From a virus (lineage: Duplodnaviria > Caudoviricetes): 64,000 bases of DNA. The position numbers and the translations under genes are program-made. Below, piece after piece: positions 56,201 through 64,000 of this stretch; positions within the stretch are counted from its first letter, which is position 1, and every line of letters begins with the position of its first letter. The notes beneath the pieces were generated by a model, which was not told the origin of the DNA, made no database searches, and saw only the letters and a list, made by a program, of their open reading frames with translations. The stretch spans positions 22,008 through 86,007 of the IMG/VR virus record IMGVR_UViG_3300047400_000090; one strand, written 5' to 3'.

Positions 56201-59200
56201 ACTTCGACTACCCCAGGGAAGACTACAAACACCTTCGTTTCTCAGCTTTACTACGACTACTCCTCCACGGCTGACTCTACTGACGTCTTTAACTTCACTC
56301 CTGGATCCACGGGCCGCCAGACAGTCTCACTGCCGCTTCAGCAGACAGGTAGTCCCCTAACCTCTGCTGGCAAAGAGGCAAGGGCTGTACAATTTGAGTT
56401 CTATGGCACCTCCACGGCTGCCAACTTTATCCATGGTCTATCGTTCAATACCATCGCCCTACAGGACATCATCAAGGGCCGCGTAACCGACTGGAGCGAC
56501 CTTGGGCACCCCTATGATAAGCGCCTGAGTACGGTAACCATTGAGTATGACAATAGCATCAGCGGCACCCCCACGGCCTGTGACATCCTCTTGGACACCG
56601 TCTCGGGGATAGCAGGAGGTACGCAAACCCTAGCAACTCAAACACTTACGCTTCCTGCGGCAACTGGAAGATCTAAGATTACCCTGCCTATCAATGACGG
56701 AACCATTGCCAAGATGGTCAGACTGCGCCCGAAGGTAGCAAGTGCCGTCTATGAGATTTTCGACTTTAAGTTCGTACAGGATAACTACCCTCCCGACAAG
56801 GTCTACTTTACTGACTTCAAGGATGAGGGCTATGAGTACGAGAAGCGCCTGTACGCGCTGTACATTAACTGCGATACTAACAATCAGAACGTCCGAGTAG
56901 ATGTCTGGGGTGATGGCGGGATTTTACAGACCGTCACCGTTACCGGGACGGCTGATAACAGGATGCAGGCTATTCCCCTGAATCCTGACCTGATTGCCAA
57001 GCTAATTAGGCTTAACGCCAACGCTTCTGATGTCAACGCCACGAACTCAAAATTCCAGTTATTTGACTATCGGTTCGACTACGAGAAGTTGCCAAAACCT
57101 ACAATTTACTCCACTCCCTGGAGTGATTTTGGGTACGATTACCTCAAGGATGCAGAGCAAATTGCCTTCGACGTGAACACTAATGGGCAGACTGTTCCTG
57201 TGCAGGTGTACTGCGATGGAACGCTGAATCAGACTGTCAATGTCAACACCACTCACGCTACCAGAAACATCAACATAACCCTCAATCCGGCCATTCAGTT
57301 CAAGACCATGAGGCTGAAAATTGACCCCACGGCCATTCCTGTAGGTGGTCGCTTCCAACTATGGGACTACACCCCCATCTTCGTACAGGCCGACAAAGGG
57401 GCCGTTAAGCACACCTTCGACTGGGATGATCTGGGTCACCCCTACGACAAGAAAATCTCGGAAGTAACTATTGAGTTCGAGACCGGGCACGATAGCGGTG
57501 ATACCGCCATTCAGCTTGCTATAGATACCCTTAGTGGCATTGATGGAAACACCCCGTCTCTGGCCGCACAAACACTGACCCTGCCGAACACTAGCGGAGT
57601 CCGTGGCAAGAAGACCTTCCCTCTTACGGAGACAGTCTGTAAGATGATTAGAATCAGGTCTTTAGGCAACTCTGGCGGAGGGACCCAGAGTAATAGCTTT
57701 AAGATGTGGGGGTATGAGTTTAGCAATACCGTAAAGTATCCCCAAGATAAGGTCTACTTTACTGACTACTCCGACCAGGGGTATGAGTATGAAAAACGGT
57801 TATACCAACTGTATATCAACTGCGATACCGCAGGCAATAACGTAAGGGTTGATATCGTTGGGGATAACTCTGTCCTCCAGACCGTTACCGTTAACGGCAC
57901 TGCCGCTAATCGGATGCAGTCTTTTGCCATGAATCCTGACTTAGTGGCTAGGCTGATCAGGCTGAACACGAACACTACGGACGTCAACGCTACTGGGGCA
58001 AAGTTCCAGTTATTTGACTATCACTTTGACTATGAAAAGTTACCCAAGCCAACAGTTCTTTCTACGGAGTGGACTGACTTTGGGTATGACTACACGAAGT
58101 ACGCCGAGCAAATTACGTTCGATGTTAACACCAATGGCCAGACCGTACCTGTGCAAATTTGGGGTGATGGCAGCCTTAAACAAACGGTAAATATCACCTC
58201 CACCCAGGCGACGAGATCGGTAAATATCACTCTAAACCCCGGGATTACCTTCCAGATGATGCGCCTACAGGTCGATCCAACGGCCATCCCCTCTGGTGGT
58301 AGATTCCAACTCTGGGAGTACAAGGCAATCTTCCGTCCAGTAGACAAAGGGGCAGTTTATCATACCTTCGACTGGGATGACCTAGGACACCCTTATGACA
58401 AGAAGATCTCTGAGATCACCATTGAGTTTGAAACAGGTCACGACACCAATGACACTAACGTCCAGGTTGCTATTGACACCCTAACTGGGATTGATGGAAA
58501 TACCAGGACATTAGCCGCCCAGACGCTTACCTTGCCTAATAGCTCAGGCGGCAGGGGACAGAAGACCTTCCCATTGACTGAGACGGTCTGCAAGATGGTC
58601 AGGGTTAGATCCCTAGGGCAAAACGGGGCCGGGACGCAGAGCCCTGACTTCAAGATGTGGGGGTATAAATTTGGCAATACTATCCCCTATCCGGCTGATA
58701 CTTCTAAGTTTACAGAGTGGACTAACGCCAATAGTGCCTGTGCCAAGATCTTTAGGGGAGTAGGTATCCAAATCGATACAGGTGGAGTAGACTGTACGGT
58801 TGGCCTTGAGGTCGATGGCACACAAGTCCAGACCTGGACTGTCAATACCTCTACCTCTACTCGTCAGACCTTTGAGACTCCTGTCAATGCCACCGAAATT
58901 AATGGCTACCTCTTTAGGCTTACCTTTACCCCAGGGACGGGAGGAAAGGCTCAGTTATTCGGCCAGCCCGAGTGGAATCTCGTAAGGGACGCCTGTGACT
59001 TTGTCATCTTTGATACCTACAACCAGGGGTACGGTTCAGTTGGGTATAGTATTATCAAGCAGTTATGGGTGGACTACAAGTGTGCCGGAACTATCACCGT
59101 TAGCATCTACCGGGAGGATGGAACATTCTTCTACTCCACTGTTCTGCCAGTTCATCCAACCAGGGAGACTGAGCGGTTCTATGTCCCATCGGTCTATAAC

Positions 59201-59374
59201 GGAGTAAAGAATAAGGACAAGAAGCACAGAATCGTCTTAACGGCCAATGACCCGACTAAGAAGTTCCGGCTTTATAGAGACTGTTCTAGGACGTGCTACA
59301 TTAACCTATCCAAGGATCAGAGGCAGGATGCTGACTCGTTTATTATTTGGGAGAACCTAGTTGTACAGGTCTAG
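53270..59374 (+). CDS. Large tail (nozzle/stabilisation-like) protein, 2034 aa
   Basis: Podovirus tail-type segments (YVYTY.D..G.ES.PSP; LWRSKTGQPEAWP; AWTYVDNEIWFLSYDGIY); internal tandem repeat. Confidence 0.7.
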   Translation: MADSTVTRLPMSNKGMVQKLDLNQLSDGQYAYLLNTVSEQEGALSPRYGYTDISITSWGPARVDSLFVSNPVTATDAYKPNVYVGESSNIRRVAVSNTPSTSPAGTSTTISTGGIGVTGSGAQARRIGITQYATDQYNNVGTTYMATGYNFNGSGGDAGRTFRGVLRDNGSYSVARTVGILPPVVPAFATPAAPQVKTFGTVSSNTRVNTTTSTAIPTPTQSVLSDYYQVQVGTVGVPTKSYLNGIQEGMYITVGTGGTTSAGQLQGPVGGIDQDNSIFYLGGHGVTPSIAAGSTVVAYTTESANVAVPAVGTALVYAYPFPNSGGTADFSLTGVYQNGYDSNDTVHVSFYNGTPSNIQSVELRIFCGSSNGYYSYMINLDSALGASGAYWLEQDIIKSAFTKNGVGSGNNSWINVTAAQLVITPVDTSVGFTINAGQLFAWGHGGLDSGSDPKLQPYDYVYTYRDPETGAESNPSPLMNADKAITVSNQGVRVTFFGTDNGTFSTNCSSNAGVTQVAIYRRGGSFTDGAFRRVGLATNPGISGTSLNNDFFIDTVDDLSITNAVQAKFDNDAPVTVSIGKEYVGSINSGTAVGNTPITITPTVSGVSDLTTVLTPGTQVIIGNGVSSSTAGGSENQEIVTVWNITATTFDCYLSYVHAANEQVSWSTNAGLAGDQVLAAMDCLWMAGVAKAPHMLWRSKTGQPEAWPTINESTGNAHVVQISTPDNPIMGLAEFNGEIVALCQHGIYTVRLDNGRMVGPFKTPANRGLVQKYAWTYVDNEIWFLSYDGIYAWAGGSVRKVSLAIDFVFNQRVVNGVTPLNQNYTGTGSSSIYPALVSLVQKGNEVYFAGNFWQPGTTTTAFYLFRYNILFDRWSVDEVYDASATLSTTRNGVTLYPTSVTCLASNKATGDIIAAKSSYTGTTVAGLIYYNNVGTYSDGTGAHAIYYDVISKCYDMGAALVKKKFTDIGVEFTSGAVTSTTPGKTTNTFVSQLYYDYSSTADSTDVFNFTPGSTGRQTVSLPLQQTGSPLTSAGKEARAVQFEFYGTSTAANFIHGLSFNTIALQDIIKGRVTDWSDLGHPYDKRLSTVTIEYDNSISGTPTACDILLDTVSGIAGGTQTLATQTLTLPAATGRSKITLPINDGTIAKMVRLRPKVASAVYEIFDFKFVQDNYPPDKVYFTDFKDEGYEYEKRLYALYINCDTNNQNVRVDVWGDGGILQTVTVTGTADNRMQAIPLNPDLIAKLIRLNANASDVNATNSKFQLFDYRFDYEKLPKPTIYSTPWSDFGYDYLKDAEQIAFDVNTNGQTVPVQVYCDGTLNQTVNVNTTHATRNINITLNPAIQFKTMRLKIDPTAIPVGGRFQLWDYTPIFVQADKGAVKHTFDWDDLGHPYDKKISEVTIEFETGHDSGDTAIQLAIDTLSGIDGNTPSLAAQTLTLPNTSGVRGKKTFPLTETVCKMIRIRSLGNSGGGTQSNSFKMWGYEFSNTVKYPQDKVYFTDYSDQGYEYEKRLYQLYINCDTAGNNVRVDIVGDNSVLQTVTVNGTAANRMQSFAMNPDLVARLIRLNTNTTDVNATGAKFQLFDYHFDYEKLPKPTVLSTEWTDFGYDYTKYAEQITFDVNTNGQTVPVQIWGDGSLKQTVNITSTQATRSVNITLNPGITFQMMRLQVDPTAIPSGGRFQLWEYKAIFRPVDKGAVYHTFDWDDLGHPYDKKISEITIEFETGHDTNDTNVQVAIDTLTGIDGNTRTLAAQTLTLPNSSGGRGQKTFPLTETVCKMVRVRSLGQNGAGTQSPDFKMWGYKFGNTIPYPADTSKFTEWTNANSACAKIFRGVGIQIDTGGVDCTVGLEVDGTQVQTWTVNTSTSTRQTFETPVNATEINGYLFRLTFTPGTGGKAQLFGQPEWNLVRDACDFVIFDTYNQGYGSVGYSIIKQLWVDYKCAGTITVSIYREDGTFFYSTVLPVHPTRETERFYVPSVYNGVKNKDKKHRIVLTANDPTKKFRLYRDCSRTCYINLSKDQRQDADSFIIWENLVVQV
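56786..58687 (+). repeat. Direct tandem duplication, period 951 bp (317 aa), inside the tail gene
   Basis: YPPDKVYFTD starts at 56786, YPQDKVYFTD at 57737 and YPADT at 58688; the two units are highly similar throughout. Confidence 0.9.
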
Positions 59375-59376
59375 AC

Positions 59377-62300
59377 ATGAAGACTAATTCACAAGAACCA
59401 GATACTCGTATGAAGGTCCTCTCTTCGGACCTCGGCGACCCTGACCTGTATCGCCTAAATCAGATCATTAACGATCTGTACTCCAGGGTCTCCTCTAAGA
59501 CAGGAACTACTACTAACACCACCGTACAGCAGATCATCAACTCTACCTCTGGAAACAGGGGTGGAGGAGGCGGAGGGGGGGCCAGTACAGTCAGGGTTCA
59601 GTACGCACCTACTACTGACTTCCTGGGAGCAATGGATCGCCAACTAAATGAAAAGATTGGAGAAAGTATCTCTGTTCTGGATTTCGGGGCAGTGGGGGAT
59701 GGCACAACGGACTGCTCTGCAGCATTTAACGCTGCGGTTACTGCGGCATCTACATCTACGATTGCAAGGACGATCTACATCCCGGCGTGCAAGTCGTTCT
59801 ATAAAATGGGGTCTACGGTTACAATTAACTCCTCGGTCCCGATCAGTTTTGTAGGAGAAGGGGTTGGTTCGCTAGTTAAGTTAACAGGAACGCTTGCTAC
59901 CTATAAGGGTCTTTTTGACGTTAAGAGCGACAATGTAACCTTCTATAACTTCTGCATCGACGGAGGAACTACCACGGCGGCTAAAGGTGGATACAACGAG
60001 GCCACGCACGTAGGGGACTTCAATAATGACCCTATGCACTCGTTCCTGACGCTAAACACGTCTGTTTGGGTTCATGGTCCAGTAAAGAACACCACTTTTG
60101 CCAAGATGACCTTCCAGCACGCTGCTGGGTATTCCATCTTAATTGACGCAACCAACGGTACGCCATCCGGGGGGACCAATAGTGGGGTTTACGATACTGG
60201 CGTTTATGACATCTATAACACCAAGATCATCGGGTGCGATTTCCTAAACAACAGACCGACCATCTTTGGTAACTGGAATCATACAGACTGCAATTACGGA
60301 TCTTGGAATGGTGGAATCTTCCTAAATACCTACGGAATTGCTGGAGGTGGTGCCTATTTATCAACGACCTACGGAACACTTGTGCAGGGGTGCGAGTTTA
60401 GAGGGAATTATGGAAACTGTGTCTGGAGTCATCTTTATAACTTTGATATTCTGCACAATGATTTAAGGGTTATTGGCAACACTTTTATTGATAACGGATT
60501 AGACTGCATTCTTTTTGGTGGCGTCGTTGGCGGAGCAGCCATCGGGAATTCTATGCGAAGGACCGGCTATATACCGCCAGATCGAACCATAGACATTGGA
60601 CCAACCAACATTCCAATACCCCGCTGGGCAAGGATTATAACACAAGACAGCCCCAGGGTGTACACTAACAAGAATGCAACAGCCCTTGACACTTCAGGTA
60701 TATGTAAAGGTGTAACCTACTCGGACAATTCAATGATGTCCACTAATGGTGGAGACATTGATGCTGATGGATTTTGCGATGGTACCATTTCTGGTAATAT
60801 CTGCATTACTCCGAGAAGCTCAGGACAGAATGGGACGGCAGACCCAGAGTACGCAAAAGACCAAATTAGCATTTCTGGGCCGTCCAATGATGGATCGACA
60901 TGGTCTTACGGTGTTAATGCCAATAATACCTATGGCGGCATCTTTGGTTCAAGAAACATCAACATCTCTGGCAACTCCTTCATAAATAAGGACGGAGGAG
61001 CTATCCTTTTAGGAGGCTCCCAGAACTCAACCGTCTCCAGCAATAACGTGGTTCACTATCTCAGGTCGGACGGAAGCGGTCCAGGATCTGGACCAATAAC
61101 CCTGTATAATATCACGGACGGATTCGGCACTAAGCGAACAGTAAAAAACAATACCGTAATTGGGAATACTATCGCCTGGATAAGCCTAAATTACCAATGG
61201 TGCGCCATCACCGAGGATGGAGCCGACCTGGGGGCCCCTGCTTTCGATTCTGGCGATAAGAACTGGATCCACGGAAATCAGTTACTAAGTCCTTACCTAA
61301 CAGAGTTTTACAAGGATTCTGGATCAAGTTCCACAACTGGGATTACGCTATCCCTAACCCAGAATGATCTAACGGCTAAATCAGACTCGCTTTTGACTCG
61401 CTATAGGTCAACCTCTAACTCGGTTAACTTCGACTATTTGTCGTTTTATGGGTCAACTTACTCCAGTACTGGACTAAAAGCCTTCCTATCCGACAATGCC
61501 AAACTCCAGTACGTTGGCTGGTGCTCTACGGCGACTACCAACGTAACTTGGCAGTCTGGAGACGACTTCTCGTCATTTTCTAACGGTGGGTCAATTGTAA
61601 TCAATGGCGTAACCTACACGATCTCCACCAAGACCGACTCTACACACCTAGTTCTTTCGTCTAGCGCCGGAACCCAGGCATCGGTAGCCTTCTCTAACCC
61701 CCTGCTATACCAAGGGGAGTCGATGTTTAATGTCTGCGCCTCCACCAAGGGATCCATCACCACGGGCGGCAGGACACTGCTATCTTATGACGACGTTATA
61801 GCTACAGGCAGTCTTCAGGGTGATGCCATGTTTGCCTTGACAGATAGCACCTATAGCGCCCAGAACGCCAATAAGTACGCCGATACCACTGGGCTCTTTA
61901 GGTACGATTCCAGCGCCAAGGCTTTCAAGTACTCCACCTCAGTTACCTCTGGGGTCAGGAACTGGACAACACTAAGCAGTTCCTTCACGGCTGGATCTGA
62001 CAAGCAACTGATTTTCAACAATAGCGGAACCCTGACCGGGGATGCTAATTTGTTATGGTATTACGGCTCTTCCCCAGAGATTCTCTACCTTGGAAATAGT
62101 GCCTACCTACAGACTACAGGCGGAGTTCTTTCTCAGTCTAATAACTATGCCGCACTTAATGCTTGGCAGCCCACAGCCAACATCGGCGGAGGTGCGCTTC
62201 TTTCTGGGATTGGTATAGGTCCAACGTATTACCAAGGAACGGTAAATACCGTAGGAACCGCCGTTACCTGGGCATCTGGGGCGACATTTACCTCGGCGCT

Positions 62301-63846
62301 TGCTGGTCAAACTATTAATATCAATGGAGTTAACTATACAGTATCAACCTATAACTCCAGTACTTCACTAACCCTAACCGGAAGTGCAGGAACTCAGACC
62401 GGAGTTACTTACTACTCCTATGTCGGAGGCAGGGGTGGCTATATCGACTTCCAGGCCCTGAGCTATGCCAATACCCCTACTGGGCTAACCGGGTTGGGAT
62501 CTTTTGGGGCCAACGACCCGCTACTCTGGGCCTCTGGGACAAACTCCTCCACGGCGGTATCTACCTACGCGCTGTGTACTAATTCTTACATTTGGGCCAA
62601 GAGCGGGTTTTATACCGACCTAGCAAACTACCAGTGCATCCGCGCTAGCGCGGGTGGTGTACAGGCAGCTAACTTCAGCGTCACTAACTACATAACAGCA
62701 GCCTCTGTCGCCAGGACTCCGACGAGAACCACTGGAGATGACTGGTCAAGTGGCCCTGGTGTTCTTTTCTATGATAACGCCACCTACGCCGGACAGACCT
62801 TCTGGACGTTTGCCTATGGGACGGGGGCGGGGACGATCTCGGATGCCAATCTATGGGGAGCTGGGGCAAGATTCTCGGGGGCGGCATATAATACCATTCA
62901 GGCACCTTCTGGCGGCCTTTATACCGGACTAGGTGTAACCGTAGATCAGTCACTCTACCTCAAGAGTTACTCAACCACCGCTGGGCTAAATACTCCAGGT
63001 GGCGGGTATGGCGGATTTGCTTATAAGTCTGGGGCTACTTACTGGTACTATAATGCCGGATGGCAGACTGTAGACTTCTCTGCGGTATCGACCAACTACT
63101 GGAGCAGATCGGGAACCACAATTGCTCCGGCTACGGCTGGAGATAGTCTTAATCTATCCGCCAGTGGCGTATACCAAATCGCAGGCACTACTGTAATAGA
63201 TGCCTCTAGGAATCTAACCAACGTCGGTAGCCTGTCGATGTCGTCAACGATTAGCGGCGCGACGACGATTACCTGCAGCTCTAATTTCAACACCACGGCA
63301 GGTGGGTATAACATCAACGGAACTCAAGTTATTGATTCCAGTAGAAATATCGCCAACGTGGGCACAATTTCAACGTCTGGATCGATATCCACTTCAGTAT
63401 CAACGGCTTCTACGGCATTCCAGGCCGGTGGCGGTAACTTTATTGTCTATGGCGACGGTACGCTCAGCACGGCGAAGGTTATCTCTTCCACGGGAGCCAG
63501 TGGAGGAGTTAACGTAACGGCCCAGACAGCTACCAACTCTATCCAGACCGTAGGTGGGTTTAACGCAGGGTCTAGCGGTGGATCCAATGGGGTCTATCAG
63601 GTTAATAGCACTACTGTTATCAACGCCTCAAGGAGAGCACTCTTTGATACCCTTAGTACTGCTGCTGCGGTCTCGACAACAGCAGGATCTATTGTCGCCG
63701 GATCTGGGTACTACGTCAATAACGGAACAACCTACACAGGTCAATCCTGGACCGTTTCTCTAACAGGTGGCACCCAGTTCACTATTTCCGGCGTCAATTA
63801 TAATAGCCTGATTTTCACTGGAGGAATCATTACCGGGGTAGCCTAG
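59377..63846 (+). CDS. Tailspike/tail fibre with N-terminal pectate-lyase-3-like beta-helix
   Basis: ISVLDFGAVGDG.TD.SAAF.AA...IYIP, then Asn/Gly-rich beta-helix repeats; start likely MKTN at 59377; contains a palindrome copy at 61458-61479. Confidence 0.8.
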   Translation: MKTNSQEPDTRMKVLSSDLGDPDLYRLNQIINDLYSRVSSKTGTTTNTTVQQIINSTSGNRGGGGGGGASTVRVQYAPTTDFLGAMDRQLNEKIGESISVLDFGAVGDGTTDCSAAFNAAVTAASTSTIARTIYIPACKSFYKMGSTVTINSSVPISFVGEGVGSLVKLTGTLATYKGLFDVKSDNVTFYNFCIDGGTTTAAKGGYNEATHVGDFNNDPMHSFLTLNTSVWVHGPVKNTTFAKMTFQHAAGYSILIDATNGTPSGGTNSGVYDTGVYDIYNTKIIGCDFLNNRPTIFGNWNHTDCNYGSWNGGIFLNTYGIAGGGAYLSTTYGTLVQGCEFRGNYGNCVWSHLYNFDILHNDLRVIGNTFIDNGLDCILFGGVVGGAAIGNSMRRTGYIPPDRTIDIGPTNIPIPRWARIITQDSPRVYTNKNATALDTSGICKGVTYSDNSMMSTNGGDIDADGFCDGTISGNICITPRSSGQNGTADPEYAKDQISISGPSNDGSTWSYGVNANNTYGGIFGSRNINISGNSFINKDGGAILLGGSQNSTVSSNNVVHYLRSDGSGPGSGPITLYNITDGFGTKRTVKNNTVIGNTIAWISLNYQWCAITEDGADLGAPAFDSGDKNWIHGNQLLSPYLTEFYKDSGSSSTTGITLSLTQNDLTAKSDSLLTRYRSTSNSVNFDYLSFYGSTYSSTGLKAFLSDNAKLQYVGWCSTATTNVTWQSGDDFSSFSNGGSIVINGVTYTISTKTDSTHLVLSSSAGTQASVAFSNPLLYQGESMFNVCASTKGSITTGGRTLLSYDDVIATGSLQGDAMFALTDSTYSAQNANKYADTTGLFRYDSSAKAFKYSTSVTSGVRNWTTLSSSFTAGSDKQLIFNNSGTLTGDANLLWYYGSSPEILYLGNSAYLQTTGGVLSQSNNYAALNAWQPTANIGGGALLSGIGIGPTYYQGTVNTVGTAVTWASGATFTSALAGQTININGVNYTVSTYNSSTSLTLTGSAGTQTGVTYYSYVGGRGGYIDFQALSYANTPTGLTGLGSFGANDPLLWASGTNSSTAVSTYALCTNSYIWAKSGFYTDLANYQCIRASAGGVQAANFSVTNYITAASVARTPTRTTGDDWSSGPGVLFYDNATYAGQTFWTFAYGTGAGTISDANLWGAGARFSGAAYNTIQAPSGGLYTGLGVTVDQSLYLKSYSTTAGLNTPGGGYGGFAYKSGATYWYYNAGWQTVDFSAVSTNYWSRSGTTIAPATAGDSLNLSASGVYQIAGTTVIDASRNLTNVGSLSMSSTISGATTITCSSNFNTTAGGYNINGTQVIDSSRNIANVGTISTSGSISTSVSTASTAFQAGGGNFIVYGDGTLSTAKVISSTGASGGVNVTAQTATNSIQTVGGFNAGSSGGSNGVYQVNSTTVINASRRALFDTLSTAAAVSTTAGSIVAGSGYYVNNGTTYTGQSWTVSLTGGTQFTISGVNYNSLIFTGGIITGVA

Positions 63847-64000
63847 AGATGGGTTCTTAGGCTATAATGGAGCTTATGGTAAAATTAACCATGCTCCAAC
63901 GCCTCTCTCTGTCGGGACTAATCGCCCAACAACGAGGAAGCGCCAAGGACCATCTCTAATCACTCTGTACTACCTGTCAAAGAAGATCGATGTACCCAAT

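Noticed and set aside
1-64000. tRNA, rRNA, integrase or att site
   Set aside because: No cloverleaf, rRNA-like sequence or recombinase motif was recognised by eye. A tRNAscan-SE run would be needed to exclude tRNAs formally.
63867-64000. Possible frameshifted gene after the tailspike
   Set aside because: It stops after about 31 codons and a second frame looks coding, but the window ends, so a sequencing error and a real frameshift cannot be told apart.

Overview
A 64-kb piece of a large tailed-phage (Caudoviricetes) genome, probably podovirus-like. No integrase, tRNA, rRNA or CRISPR array was found. Layout: (1) 1-16.7 kb, all on the minus strand, is an early/recombination region with a PD-(D/E)XK exonuclease, an ERF annealase, a MoxR AAA+ ATPase with a metallopeptidase-vWA partner, a DUF932-like protein and many small hypotheticals, driven by clear sigma70-type promoters. 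(2) 16.7-17.9 kb is a mostly non-coding, strand-skewed stretch with TTATGT/ACATAA repeats and an IHF consensus site, a candidate origin or genome end. (3) 18.3-25.4 kb on the minus strand holds an LpxH-like phosphoesterase, a 635-aa orphan and a 4.3-kb tandem array of 20 translationally coupled micro-ORFs (53-90 aa). (4) 25.4-64 kb on the plus strand holds an amidase endolysin, a 1711-aa fibre, dUTPase, two SSB-like genes, terminase, portal, scaffold, major capsid, decoration and adaptor proteins, a 2034-aa tail protein with a 951-bp internal duplication and a ~1490-aa tailspike/fibre. Two observations stand out. First, about 31 micro-ORFs lie in three arrays (1.25-2.42, 5.28-5.97 and 21.07-25.34 kb); most start M-K/R-x-(W/Y/F/H)-(L/I/M/Y), with conserved junctions and highly variable interiors. 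Second, a palindrome, ASTCCAG-NN-CTGGAST, occurs at least 13 times, including in the spacer of a sigma70 promoter and directly ahead of start codons, one of them an operon of the large array. All family names come from motif recognition by eye; no database search was run.
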